A stretch of DNA of 49,433 nt from Betaproteobacteria bacterium (lineage in GTDB: Bacteria > Pseudomonadota > Gammaproteobacteria > Burkholderiales > Gallionellaceae). Below are positions 1 to 8,223 of the stretch, one piece after another. The notes beneath the pieces were generated by a model, which saw only the letters and a list, made by a program, of their open reading frames with translations, searched no databases and was not told the DNA's origin. The DNA lies in the NCBI GenBank assembly GCA_020055845.1, contig JAGVIV010000017.1, forward strand, positions 1 through 49,433. The letters run 5' to 3'. Positions within the stretch are counted from its first letter, which is position 1; the number at the start of each line of letters is the position of its first letter. A program made the position numbers and the translations under genes.

Positions 1-1
1 G

Positions 2-271
2 CGCGGCGAGCCGTTGCAGGAAGAGTTTGCGGTGTCGCACCGCGATATTGCTTTCGAGTTCATGATGAATGCGCTGCGTTTGAATGAGGGCTTTGATGCG
101 GTGTTGTTTACCGAGCGCACCAGCTTGCCGCTGTTGGTGATACGGCGCGAGTTGGAAGAGGCGGAGCAGCGTGGTTTGTTGTTGCGGGATTTGCAAAAGA
201 TCGCGCCGACCCCGCAAGGCCAGCGCTTTCTTAACGATCTGTTAGAGATTTTCCTTGCGGACGAACACTAG
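2..271 (+). CDS. C-terminal fragment of a HemW/YggW-like radical-SAM protein (5' end outside the window)
   Basis: The frame is open from the window edge to the TAG at 269-271. The tail ...[18 protein letters not shown] resembles the HemN_C-type C-terminal domain. It converges on and overlaps the trmB 3' end by 30 nt. Confidence 0.5.
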   Translation, partial: RGEPLQEEFAVSHRDIAFEFMMNALRLNEGFDAVLFTERTSLPLLVIRRELEEAEQRGLLLRDLQKIAPTPQGQRFLNDLLEIFLADEH

Positions 272-997
272 GTCCCACACCCCGTGCCCGAGTTTTAAAC
301 CGCGCTGCTCGAATTTGGTGAGCGGTCGGTACTCTGGCTTTTCCGCATAGTCTGCGGCGGTGTTTTGCAATAGTGGTTCGGCACTGAGTACCGCCAATAC
401 TTGTTCAGCATAATCCTGCCAGTCGGTGGCGACGTGGATGTAGCCGCCGGGTTTGATTTTCTTCACCAGTGCAGCGATGAACGGCGCTTGAATCAGGCGG
501 CGTTTGTTATGCCGCGCTTTGTGCCACGGATCGGGGAAGAAGATATGCACGCCGTCGAGGGTCGCATCTTTTACCATGTCGCGTAATACCTCCACCGCGT
601 CGTGTTGGATGATGCGGATGTTCTGAATGCCTTGTGCGTCAATCTGTTTAAGGAGGCTGCCCACACCGGGCGGGTGTACTTCCAGGGCAAGGTAATCATT
701 TTGCGGATGCGCCAATGCAATCTTGGCGGTTGGTTCGCCCATGCCGAAGCCGATCTCAAGAATCTTAGTCGCGCTGCGATCAAAGGCTGCATCTAAATCC
801 AAGGCTTGAGGCGCATAGGCAATGCCGTATTTTGGCATCAGCGTTTCCAAGCTGCGTTGTTGTGCCGGCGAGACTCGTCCCTGACGCAGGACGAAGCTGC
901 GGATGTGTTGGTCGCGCTTGTTGTGTTCTGCGTTTGTGCCAGCAGTTCTTGGCGCAACTTCCTTGGGTAGCTCGTTTGGTTTTGCGGTAGTGCTCAT
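242..997 (-). CDS. trmB: tRNA (guanine-N7)-methyltransferase
   Basis: 251-aa ORF with the TrmB signature [18 protein letters not shown] and SAM-binding [10 protein letters not shown]. Its ATG overlaps the thiG stop by 1 nt (TGATG). Confidence 0.9.
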   Translation of the reverse strand: MSTTAKPNELPKEVAPRTAGTNAEHNKRDQHIRSFVLRQGRVSPAQQRSLETLMPKYGIAYAPQALDLDAAFDRSATKILEIGFGMGEPTAKIALAHPQNDYLALEVHPPGVGSLLKQIDAQGIQNIRIIQHDAVEVLRDMVKDATLDGVHIFFPDPWHKARHNKRRLIQAPFIAALVKKIKPGGYIHVATDWQDYAEQVLAVLSAEPLLQNTAADYAEKPEYRPLTKFEQRGLKLGHGVWDLVFVRKENL

Positions 998-1788
998 CAG
1001 GCTTTGCCTATCAATCCGCCGGTCGGCGAGCTGGGGATGGCGCTATAGAGTTTGCGCGGCATGCGTCCGGCAAGAAATGCTTCGCGCCCGGCCTTTACGG
1101 CTTTGTTCATGGCAGAGGCCATGAGTACGGGATTCTGCGCGGCCGCGATTGCGGTGTTCATCAGTACGCCGTCGCAGCCGAGTTCCATTGCAATCGCCGC
1201 ATCCGACGCGGTCCCTACGCCCGCGTCGACCAAGACCGGGATGCTTACGCGCTCGCGTATAAGCTGGAGGTTCCACGGGTTGAGTATGCCCATGCCAGAA
1301 CCGATCAGCGAAGCCAGTGGCATGATGGCGATACAACCGATGTCTTCCAGTTGTTTTGCAATGATAGGATCGTCCGAGGTGTAAACCATCACTTGAAATC
1401 CGTCCGCGACCAGTGTTTTTGCGGCAGCAATGGTTTCGATCACATTCGGGTAGAGCGATTGCTGGTCGCCGAGCACTTCCAGTTTGACGAGGCTATGTCC
1501 GTCCAATAACTCGCGTGCCAGACGCAAGGTGCGCACCGCATCTTCCGCGCTATAACAACCGGCGGTATTGGGGAGATAAACAAATTCACTCGGGGGCAGG
1601 AAATCCAACAGGCTGGATTCGCCCGCGTTCTGTCCGATGTTTACGCGGCGTATCGCGACAGTGATGATCTCAGCACCGCTGGCATCTACTGCCGCGCGGG
1701 TCTCGGCAAAATCTTTATATTTGCCGGTGCCGACGATGAGGCGTGAAGAATAGGATTGGCCGGCGAGAATCAGGTTGTCTTGGTTCAT
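997..1788 (-). CDS. thiG: thiazole synthase
   Basis: 263-aa ORF with a ThiG-typical N-terminus ([19 protein letters not shown]), VKLEVLGD and [14 protein letters not shown] motifs. Confidence 0.9.
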   Translation of the reverse strand: MNQDNLILAGQSYSSRLIVGTGKYKDFAETRAAVDASGAEIITVAIRRVNIGQNAGESSLLDFLPPSEFVYLPNTAGCYSAEDAVRTLRLARELLDGHSLVKLEVLGDQQSLYPNVIETIAAAKTLVADGFQVMVYTSDDPIIAKQLEDIGCIAIMPLASLIGSGMGILNPWNLQLIRERVSIPVLVDAGVGTASDAAIAMELGCDGVLMNTAIAAAQNPVLMASAMNKAVKAGREAFLAGRMPRKLYSAIPSSPTGGLIGKA

Positions 1789-1864
1789 GATGAGAGGCTT
1801 TCTGTGTGAATGATTTGATGCGCAATGGCTTTCGCATCATTTTAACAATGGCGCAGCAGTAGGG

Positions 1865-2068
1865 TTAGCCGCCACCGACTGCGACGACGACTTCGAGTTT
1901 GTCCCCATCGGCAAGCAGGTGTGTGGTGAAGCGGCTGCGTGCCACAATCTCGCTATTGCACTCGATAGCGACGCGTTTACCGGTGAGTTCCAATACGTTG
2001 ATCAGGTCGGCAACGCTGAACGGGGATTGGAATGAGCGGGCATTTCCATTGATAAAGACTGAAATCAC
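1865..2068 (-). CDS. thiS: sulfur-carrier protein ThiS
   Basis: Ends in the ThiS hallmark ...VVAVGGG-stop. The 93-aa track ORF would run through the tRNA-Gly gene. An in-frame GTG at 2068 gives a 67-aa ThiS-sized protein (VISVFINGN...). No clear SD, so the start is uncertain. Confidence 0.7.
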   Translation of the reverse strand: MISVFINGNARSFQSPFSVADLINVLELTGKRVAIECNSEIVARSRFTTHLLADGDKLEVVVAVGGG

Positions 2069-2109
2069 GTTGGCGGTTTGTCGTGTTAAAATGGTCGCAC
2101 ATTCTACAT

Positions 2110-2183
2110 GCGGGTGTAGTTCAATGGTAGAACGGCAGCTTCCCAAGCTGCATACGACGGTTCGATCCCGTTCACCCGCTCCA
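2110..2183 (+). tRNA. tRNA-Gly (anticodon CCC)
   Basis: Hand-folded cloverleaf. Acceptor GCGGGTG/CACCCGC, D stem GTTC/GAAC, anticodon stem GCAGC/GCTGC with loop TTCCCAA. 4-nt variable loop, T stem GACGG/CCGTT with TTCGATC loop, encoded CCA. 74 nt. Confidence 0.9.
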
Positions 2184-2199
2184 GTTTCTTCACCTGATT

Positions 2200-2213
2200 T
2201 TGATGTATATCAA
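2200..2213 (+). promoter_or_regulatory. FNR/Anr box (TTGAT-GTAT-ATCAA) with -10-like TAGTAT at 2236-2241, upstream of ccoN
   Basis: Perfect match to the TTGAT-N4-ATCAA consensus, extended palindrome TTTTGATGTATATCAAAA at 2198-2215. The -10-like hexamer lies 29.5 nt from the box centre, which is class-II spacing. Confidence 0.6.
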
Positions 2214-2455
2214 AACTTCCCAGATTGATTTTTCTTAGTATCTCCATGTCCTTGGGAGATATAACCTGACAGTTCTTGTTGGGTATACCCCGGTGGAACT
2301 AAAGTTGCGCTTTACTTGTCGCGCTAGCCCATGCGATTATTGCGCCGCTTTTAAGGTTGTGCGTCAAAAAGGTAGGGTGTGTTGCTCACATTTTTGTTTC
2401 GATAGAGGTGTGATCAATGCATTGGTTTATTAACTAGCTCTAGGGAGGAGATACT

Positions 2456-3886
2456 GTGGAAGCTACTCAAGCGACACCAGTAAAGTACGATATGGATGTG
2501 GTTCGATGGTTCACCATTGCAGCCGTAATCTATGCAGTTGTGGGTACTCTGATCGGTGTGTATGTGGCATCGGAATTGGCATGGCCGTTTTTAAACTTTG
2601 ACATTCCCGAAATCACTTTCGGTCGTCTGCGTCCACTGCATACCAATGCGGTGATTTTTGCTTTCGGTGGTTGCGTGCTGATGGCGACAGGCTTTTACAT
2701 TGTTCAGCGTACTGGTGCTACCAAGCTGTGGAGCAATGGCATGGCTTGGTTTACTTTCTGGGGTTGGAACCTAATCATCGTATGTGCGGTGATTACTCTG
2801 CCTTTGGGATTGTCGCAAGGTAAGGAATACGCCGAGCTGCCATGGTGGGTTGATATCATGATTGCGGTCGTATGGCTTTCCTTTGGCCTAAATCACATCA
2901 TGACTACGGCGATTCGCAAGACTTCGCATATCTACGTTTCCAACTGGTTCACAATGGGTATGATCGTGATGATCACTTACCTTCACGTTGTGAATAGCTT
3001 GGCTATTCCAGTTGACTGGGCTACTTCCTACTCCATCTACTCTGGCGTTCAAGACGCTATGATTCAATGGTGGTGGGGTCATAATGCGGTGGGTTTCTAC
3101 CTGACTGGCGGCTTCCTCGGCATTATGTATTACTTCATTCCTAAGCAATCTGGTCGTCCAGTGTTCTCGTATCGTTTGTCTGTGTTGCACTTCTGGACAT
3201 TGACTTTCGGTTACGTTTGGTTGGGTGCTCACCATCTGCAATACACAGCTTTGCCTGACTGGACTGGCTCCTTGGGTGCTGCTGTTTCCTTGGCGATGAT
3301 CATCCCATCTTGGGGTGGCGCGATGAACGGTATGATGACTTTGTCCGGAGCATGGGACAAGCTGCGCACCGACTACATCTTGCGCTTCCTGGTGACTGCG
3401 ATGGCGTTCTACGCGATGTCCACATTTGACGGCCCAGTTATGGCAATCAAATCTGTGAACGCGCTGTCCCACTATACTGACTGGACCGTAGGTCACGTTC
3501 ACGCGGGTGCTCTGGGTTGGATGTCTATGATTTCCTTCGGTGCTCTCTATCACATGGTTAAGAAGCTCTGGAATACTGAAATGTATTCTGACCGTCTGGT
3601 GAATGTACACTTCTGGGTGGCTTTGATCGGTGCTGTTACTTACATCGTTGCGATGTGGGTGTCTGGCATTATGCAGGGTCTGATGTGGCGTGATTACGAC
3701 GAGTACGGCACTTTGACCTACACCTTTGTTGAGTCTGTGTCTGCTATGCATCCTTACTATGTGATGCGTGCTGTTGGCGGTGCAATCTTCAATCTGGGCG
3801 CGTGGATTATGCTGTTCAACGTGGTTATGACAGTACGTCAAGCTAGCGCTGCGCGCGGTGTAAACACCGTTGCAGCCAAAGCATAA
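2456..3886 (+). CDS. ccoN: cbb3-type cytochrome c oxidase subunit I
   Basis: 476-aa polytopic ORF with a GTG start 5 nt after the GGGAGGAG SD. Heme-copper ligand motifs WWWGHNAVGF and WTVGHVHAGALGW. Confidence 0.95.
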   Translation: MEATQATPVKYDMDVVRWFTIAAVIYAVVGTLIGVYVASELAWPFLNFDIPEITFGRLRPLHTNAVIFAFGGCVLMATGFYIVQRTGATKLWSNGMAWFTFWGWNLIIVCAVITLPLGLSQGKEYAELPWWVDIMIAVVWLSFGLNHIMTTAIRKTSHIYVSNWFTMGMIVMITYLHVVNSLAIPVDWATSYSIYSGVQDAMIQWWWGHNAVGFYLTGGFLGIMYYFIPKQSGRPVFSYRLSVLHFWTLTFGYVWLGAHHLQYTALPDWTGSLGAAVSLAMIIPSWGGAMNGMMTLSGAWDKLRTDYILRFLVTAMAFYAMSTFDGPVMAIKSVNALSHYTDWTVGHVHAGALGWMSMISFGALYHMVKKLWNTEMYSDRLVNVHFWVALIGAVTYIVAMWVSGIMQGLMWRDYDEYGTLTYTFVESVSAMHPYYVMRAVGGAIFNLGAWIMLFNVVMTVRQASAARGVNTVAAKA

Positions 3887-3899
3887 GGGGAGAGAAAAC

Positions 3900-4697
3900 A
3901 TGTCTGATCACGACAAAATTTATTCGACAAAACTACAGGACAAGATTGAGCGCAATACGCTCCTGATGTTCGTGTTGACTGCGATTGCTGTGGCTTTCGG
4001 TGGTATTGTGGAAATCGTGCCTTTGTTCTACCTGCCTAACACGGGTATGAATGGCGGCGACGGTACATTCAACAATACGCAGCACAAGGACAAGCAAGGT
4101 AATGTCATTCCTATGGACAAGATTGTGTGGAATCCAGAAACATCCGCACATAAGACCTTGGCCGATTGGCAGCCTGGCGATGGCGTTCGTCCTTACACTG
4201 CGCTGGAAACAGCTGGCCGGGCCGTTTTCATCCGCGAAGGTTGCTTTCTGTGCCACTCGCAGATGATTCGTCCGTTCCGTGATGAGAAGGATCGTTATGG
4301 TCACTACTCAATCGCTGAAGAGTCTATGTACGATCACACTTATCAGTGGGGTTCCAAGCGTACTGGTCCGGATATCGCTCGTGTCGGAGGCAAGTATTCC
4401 GATGAGTGGCATCGCAAGCACTTGAAATATCCTCGTGATGTTGTGCCTGAGTCAGTTATGCCTAACTTCTTCTTCCTGGAAAACAATCCGGTAGATGTGG
4501 TTAAGACAGTTAAGACTCTGCACGTTATGACGATTATGCCGTTCAATCCTGTTCCTAAGACGATCTACACCGATGCTTACATCGCCGGTGCAGCAAAAGA
4601 AGTCGAGGGCAAGACAGAGATGGATGCTGTTATCGCGTATCTGCAATCCTTGGGTAACCACGTGAAGTTTGAAGAGGGTGTCAACTACCGTGACTAA
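3900..4697 (+). CDS. ccoO: cbb3-type cytochrome c oxidase subunit II (monoheme)
   Basis: N-terminal TM anchor, CFLCHSQMIRPF heme-c site and GSKRTGPDIARVGGKYSDEWH motif. The ATG at 3900 follows the AAGGGGAGAG SD. The track start at 3870 lies inside ccoN. Confidence 0.9.
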   Translation: MSDHDKIYSTKLQDKIERNTLLMFVLTAIAVAFGGIVEIVPLFYLPNTGMNGGDGTFNNTQHKDKQGNVIPMDKIVWNPETSAHKTLADWQPGDGVRPYTALETAGRAVFIREGCFLCHSQMIRPFRDEKDRYGHYSIAEESMYDHTYQWGSKRTGPDIARVGGKYSDEWHRKHLKYPRDVVPESVMPNFFFLENNPVDVVKTVKTLHVMTIMPFNPVPKTIYTDAYIAGAAKEVEGKTEMDAVIAYLQSLGNHVKFEEGVNYRD

Positions 4698-4701
4698 GCT
4701 T

Positions 4702-4902
4702 ATGGATTACCTGCACACGGATTGGTCGGCGATGTCTCTGAACGACTGGCTGGGGGTGTTTTTTACCGTGGCCGCGTTTGTGGCAATGATCGTGGTCTAT
4801 GTGCTGGTGTTCAATCCTAAGAACAAGGAGACATTCAACTCGCAGGGCGATATGGCTCTGCGGGATGAGGTTGAGTACAACAATTTGGGAGATAAAAAAT
4901 GA
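4702..4902 (+). CDS. ccoQ: cbb3 oxidase small subunit CcoQ
   Basis: 66-aa single-helix protein (MDYLHTDWSAMSLNDWLGVFFTVAAFVAMIVVYVLVF) sitting between ccoO and ccoP. Its stop overlaps the ccoP ATG (ATGA). Confidence 0.7.
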   Translation: MDYLHTDWSAMSLNDWLGVFFTVAAFVAMIVVYVLVFNPKNKETFNSQGDMALRDEVEYNNLGDKK

Positions 4903-5834
4903 GTGACAATCACAACTCCGCTGGTGGTGTTCCTACCACGGGGCACGTTTGGGATGATGATTTGGGCGACTTCGTCAATCAACCGCCGAAATGGTGGATG
5001 CTTGGTCTGACTGCCAGTGTGATTTGGGTGGTGGTGTATTTTGTAATGTACCCCGCAATCCCGTTTGCAACGAACGGAACCTTCTTCAAGGGTGTTGGTT
5101 TGCCTGGGTCTGGTCAGTGGACTGCTATTAAAGAGTTGGCTGAAGACCAGAAGGTTTTGGATGATGTTCGTGGCAAATATGAAGACAAACTGAAAGGCAT
5201 GACTCCTGCCGCGATTCTGGCGGATAAAGAGCTGTCCGAGTATGTGGCGCGTTCCGGCAAGGTGTTGTTCAGTGACAATTGCGCCGCATGTCACGGCCAA
5301 AACGGCGTGGGTTCGGTTCAGGGCGGTGCTAAGTTTGCAAAACGTGAACAAGGTCTGATGGCCCCGATTCTGCTGGATGACGACTGGCTGTATGGTGGAG
5401 AGATCGACAAGATCTACGAAACCATTACCGGTGGTCGTCAAGGGATGATGGTTGCGCATAAAGATATGTTGTCTGCGCAAGAGATCGATACTTTGGCCAA
5501 TGCAGTCTTCAAAAATGAGCCGCTCTCCACTCCGTTGTTCACAGAGAAGGGTTGTGTTGGGTGCCACGGTGCTGACGGTAAGGGTATGCAAGCCATGGGC
5601 TCGGCTAACCTGACCGACAAGATCTGGCGCTTTGACGGTTCTTTGGAAGGCATCAAGCAAACGATCACTTATGGCGTGAACTCTGGCGATCCAATGACGC
5701 GTGTTGCAGTTATGCCTAATTTCACTGCGGCGGGTAAACTGTCCGAAACTGAAATGAAGAAGCTGGCTGTTTACGTGTATAAGTTCGGCGGCGGCAAGGC
5801 AGATGCTCCTGCAGCTGTTCCGGCAGGCAATTAA
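4899..5834 (+). CDS. ccoP: cbb3-type cytochrome c oxidase subunit III (diheme)
   Basis: 311 aa with an N-terminal TM segment and two heme-c sites (CAACHG, CVGCHG). Confidence 0.9.
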   Translation: MSDNHNSAGGVPTTGHVWDDDLGDFVNQPPKWWMLGLTASVIWVVVYFVMYPAIPFATNGTFFKGVGLPGSGQWTAIKELAEDQKVLDDVRGKYEDKLKGMTPAAILADKELSEYVARSGKVLFSDNCAACHGQNGVGSVQGGAKFAKREQGLMAPILLDDDWLYGGEIDKIYETITGGRQGMMVAHKDMLSAQEIDTLANAVFKNEPLSTPLFTEKGCVGCHGADGKGMQAMGSANLTDKIWRFDGSLEGIKQTITYGVNSGDPMTRVAVMPNFTAAGKLSETEMKKLAVYVYKFGGGKADAPAAVPAGN

Positions 5835-5844
5835 TAGCTCATGT

Positions 5845-5870
5845 GTCTGCACGATGGAAGTCGTGCAGAC
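5845..5870 (+). other. perfect 10-bp stem-loop between ccoP and the 40-codon ORF
   Basis: GTCTGCACGA (5845-5854) and TCGTGCAGAC (5861-5870) are exact reverse complements around a 6-nt loop. No U-tract follows. Confidence 0.8.
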
Positions 5871-5890
5871 TTGATGAAAGGAAAATTACT

Positions 5891-6013
5891 ATGTCACATG
5901 ATTTTGTTTATTGGGCACTGATGATCGCAACTGCGGGTGCGTTTGCTGCGGTGATTGCTGCACTGCTGTTCTTGTTCAAGAACGCAAGAACGAAGAAGCC
6001 TGGCGAGAAGTAA
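5891..6013 (+). CDS. 40-aa single-transmembrane-helix micro-protein (not in the ORF track)
   Basis: The ATG is preceded by GAAAGGAAAATTACT. It translates to MSHDFVYWALMIATAGAFAAVIAALLFLFKNARTKKPGEK, one hydrophobic helix plus a basic tail. A strong terminator follows. Confidence 0.45.
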   Translation: MSHDFVYWALMIATAGAFAAVIAALLFLFKNARTKKPGEK

Positions 6014-6030
6014 TCGAGCCGGATTGAAGA

Positions 6031-6055
6031 AGGGGAGGCTTGCCTCCTCTTTTTT
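6031..6055 (+). terminator. rho-independent terminator after ccoNOQP plus the micro-ORF
   Basis: AGGGGAGG-CTTG-CCTCCTCT forms an 8-bp stem (one G-U) with a 4-nt loop, followed by TTTTT. Confidence 0.7.
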
Positions 6056-6177
6056 CATTTGTGCCGATCCGAAAATAACAAGAATTCTCTGCGTGAGTTT
6101 TTCAAGCGCAGGACTCAAGCAGAGTGCTCTTGATAATCGCCAGACATAGTTTGGTATAACAGTCACAGGAGTGGGGA

Positions 6178-7614
6178 ATGAGCGAATCGCAACAGAAAGC
6201 CGGCACGGAAGTGGTCGGTGTCACGAGTCTTTATCACGAACATGAAGAGTGGCATGTAAACTCTGGTGAGGCCACCATACATGCCAAGCGCATGCCGGGA
6301 CGCTTCCGCACCATCAAATACATAACTGAATCTTTTTGGTTGGTGTTCTTTCTGGGCGCGTATCTGCGCTGGAACGGCAAGCAGGCGATATTGTTTGATA
6401 TCGATAATCGACAGTTTCATTTTTTTAGCATGACGATTCTGCCGCAGGACATTTGGATGTTGTCCTTGCTGTTGCTGCTGCTGGCGATGACTTTGTTCGC
6501 GGTGACTTCGGTCGCATCACGCGTGTTCTGCGGCTATTTCTGCTTCCAGTCATCATGGGTGGATTGGTTCACCTGGATCGAAGAAAAGATTGAGGGTAAC
6601 CATACGCAGCGCCAAAAATTAGACAAAGCGCCGTGGGATATGACGAAGCTGCGTTTAAAGCTGATCAAGCATGCAATCTGGCTGGTTATTGCTGTGCTCA
6701 CAGGTATCAGTTTTTCAATCTGGTTCGTGGATGCATTCGATTACTGGCACAAGCTAGTGACATTCAGTCTGCCGGTGATTGGCTGGGTAGTGTTGTTCAT
6801 GTTTGTTGTGGGAACCTATATTCTCGCCGGATTTATGCGTGAACAAGCGTGTATGTGGTTGTGCCCGTATGCACGCATCCAGGCTGTGATGGGGGACGCG
6901 CAAACCATTCTGCCAGCATATGATGAGTCCAGAGGTGAGCCGCGTGGAAAGATCCGTCGTGGACAGCCGGTTGATGAAAGCAAGACGGGTGACTGTATCG
7001 ACTGTTATCAATGTGTGCAGGTCTGTCCGACAGGTATTGATATTCGCCAAGGTCAGCAACTCGGCTGTATCACCTGCGGTCTGTGTATCGACGCCTGTGA
7101 CTCCATCATGGATAAGATAGGTCGTCCGCGTGGTTTGATTCGTTACGCTTCCCTTGATGAGCTTGAGGGCCGTCCGGTCAAGAAGCTTTACCAGCATCCC
7201 CGTACTTGGGTGTACGTGGCTATTTTGCTTTTGGCGCTATCGGGTATCGTCTACGGTTTGACGCATCTGGGAGCACTTACACTGCGCGTCGCGCCGGAAC
7301 GTCAGCCTCTGTTTGTGCGCATGAGTGACGGCTCAATCCAGAATAAATACACCTTTAAGGTGCTGAATAAGACCGACAAGGATCTTTACGTTAAAGTCAG
7401 CGCAGAAGGCGGGATCAAGGATCAGATTATTGTCGATGCAGATCAGAAGCAATTAGCCATACATGGGAAAGCGACAGCCTTTACCGTATTTGTAAAGGCA
7501 CCGGAGGTAAGTATCCACAAGGAAGTTACCAAGCTGCAATTCCGCGTGGAGAATGTCGAGGAGCCTACGATGGCGGCTGAGTACACTACGATGTTCAATG
7601 GCCCTAAACAGTGA
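6178..7614 (+). CDS. ccoG: cbb3 oxidase accessory ferredoxin-like membrane protein CcoG/FixG
   Basis: 478 aa with TM segments and two 4Fe-4S motifs (CIDCYQCVQVCP, CITCGLCIDACD). It sits immediately upstream of the fixH/fixI/fixS homologues. Confidence 0.9.
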   Translation: MSESQQKAGTEVVGVTSLYHEHEEWHVNSGEATIHAKRMPGRFRTIKYITESFWLVFFLGAYLRWNGKQAILFDIDNRQFHFFSMTILPQDIWMLSLLLLLLAMTLFAVTSVASRVFCGYFCFQSSWVDWFTWIEEKIEGNHTQRQKLDKAPWDMTKLRLKLIKHAIWLVIAVLTGISFSIWFVDAFDYWHKLVTFSLPVIGWVVLFMFVVGTYILAGFMREQACMWLCPYARIQAVMGDAQTILPAYDESRGEPRGKIRRGQPVDESKTGDCIDCYQCVQVCPTGIDIRQGQQLGCITCGLCIDACDSIMDKIGRPRGLIRYASLDELEGRPVKKLYQHPRTWVYVAILLLALSGIVYGLTHLGALTLRVAPERQPLFVRMSDGSIQNKYTFKVLNKTDKDLYVKVSAEGGIKDQIIVDADQKQLAIHGKATAFTVFVKAPEVSIHKEVTKLQFRVENVEEPTMAAEYTTMFNGPKQ

Positions 7615-7651
7615 TAAGCGCAGGGCAGTTAAATAAAACGGAAATCCAATT

Positions 7652-8206
7652 ATGATCTCGCAAAAAAATAAACAGGGCTGGCGCAATCCGTGGGTGCTGG
7701 GTCTAATGGTGATTGTATTGGCTGGGGTGCTTATCAACGCGCGCATGCTGTGGAATGTGATGCACCATAAAACCCGTTTGCTTGACGAAAACTATAGCGT
7801 CAAAGGTCATAATCAATATGACGCGAAATGGGTTCAGCAGCAGGCGGAGCGCACGACGCTGGGTTGGCAGGCAAAGCTGCACTCCCTTGATCGCCTGCCT
7901 AACGACAGTCAGGCGGAGGAAAGTGCCGCGCGGTTTATTCTGATCAGCAATCCTGCGCGTATGAAATTTGAATTGAAGGACCATGAAGGGAATCCTATAC
8001 AGGGTGGTAGTGTAGTGATTAATGCGCAGTGGCCCGGAGATCCGAATTTTGATACCAGTCTAACTTTGCATGAGACAGCCTCCGGTCTGTACGAGGGAAA
8101 TATGAATTTTCCGCGTCCCGGCAATTGGGACGTGCTTATCAAAGTGACGCAGAACGATCGGCTATTTGAGATGGAGCAAAAGGTCTTTGTCTCTGTATCT
8201 AAATAA
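7652..8206 (+). CDS. ccoH: FixH/CcoH family cbb3 assembly protein
   Basis: 184 aa with an N-terminal anchor (GWRNPWVLGLMVIVLAGVLI). It occupies the position between ccoG and ccoI. Confidence 0.75.
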   Translation: MISQKNKQGWRNPWVLGLMVIVLAGVLINARMLWNVMHHKTRLLDENYSVKGHNQYDAKWVQQQAERTTLGWQAKLHSLDRLPNDSQAEESAARFILISNPARMKFELKDHEGNPIQGGSVVINAQWPGDPNFDTSLTLHETASGLYEGNMNFPRPGNWDVLIKVTQNDRLFEMEQKVFVSVSK

Positions 8207-8223
8207 CACCCACGGTCATTCCG

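Noticed and set aside
2069-2300. Possible TPP (THI-box) riboswitch upstream of thiS, prompted by GGGAGATATAACCTGACAG at about 2253-2272.
   Set aside because: The similarity is limited to ACCTGA. The CUGAGA and the pyrimidine-sensing helix consensus are absent. The segment is on the plus strand, which is the wrong strand for thiS, and the tRNA-Gly gene occupies the thiS upstream region.
2417-2437. 6-codon uORF (MHWFIN) with a GAGGTG SD in the ccoN leader.
   Set aside because: It is far too short to separate from chance, and no conservation data are available. Noted only as something to check if the long leader is confirmed.
6132-6145. FNR half-site TTGAT-AATC-GCCAG upstream of ccoG. A similar half-site, TTGAT-TTTT-CTTAG, lies at 2225-2238.
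   Set aside because: Only one half matches the consensus, and the second half scores 2/5. This is not enough to call a binding site.
5894-6166. 90-aa minus-strand ORF and 64-aa plus-strand ORF (5955-6149) between ccoP and ccoG.
   Set aside because: Both run across the terminator hairpin and lack SDs and recognisable sequence. The short plus-strand ORF at 5891-6013 explains the region better.
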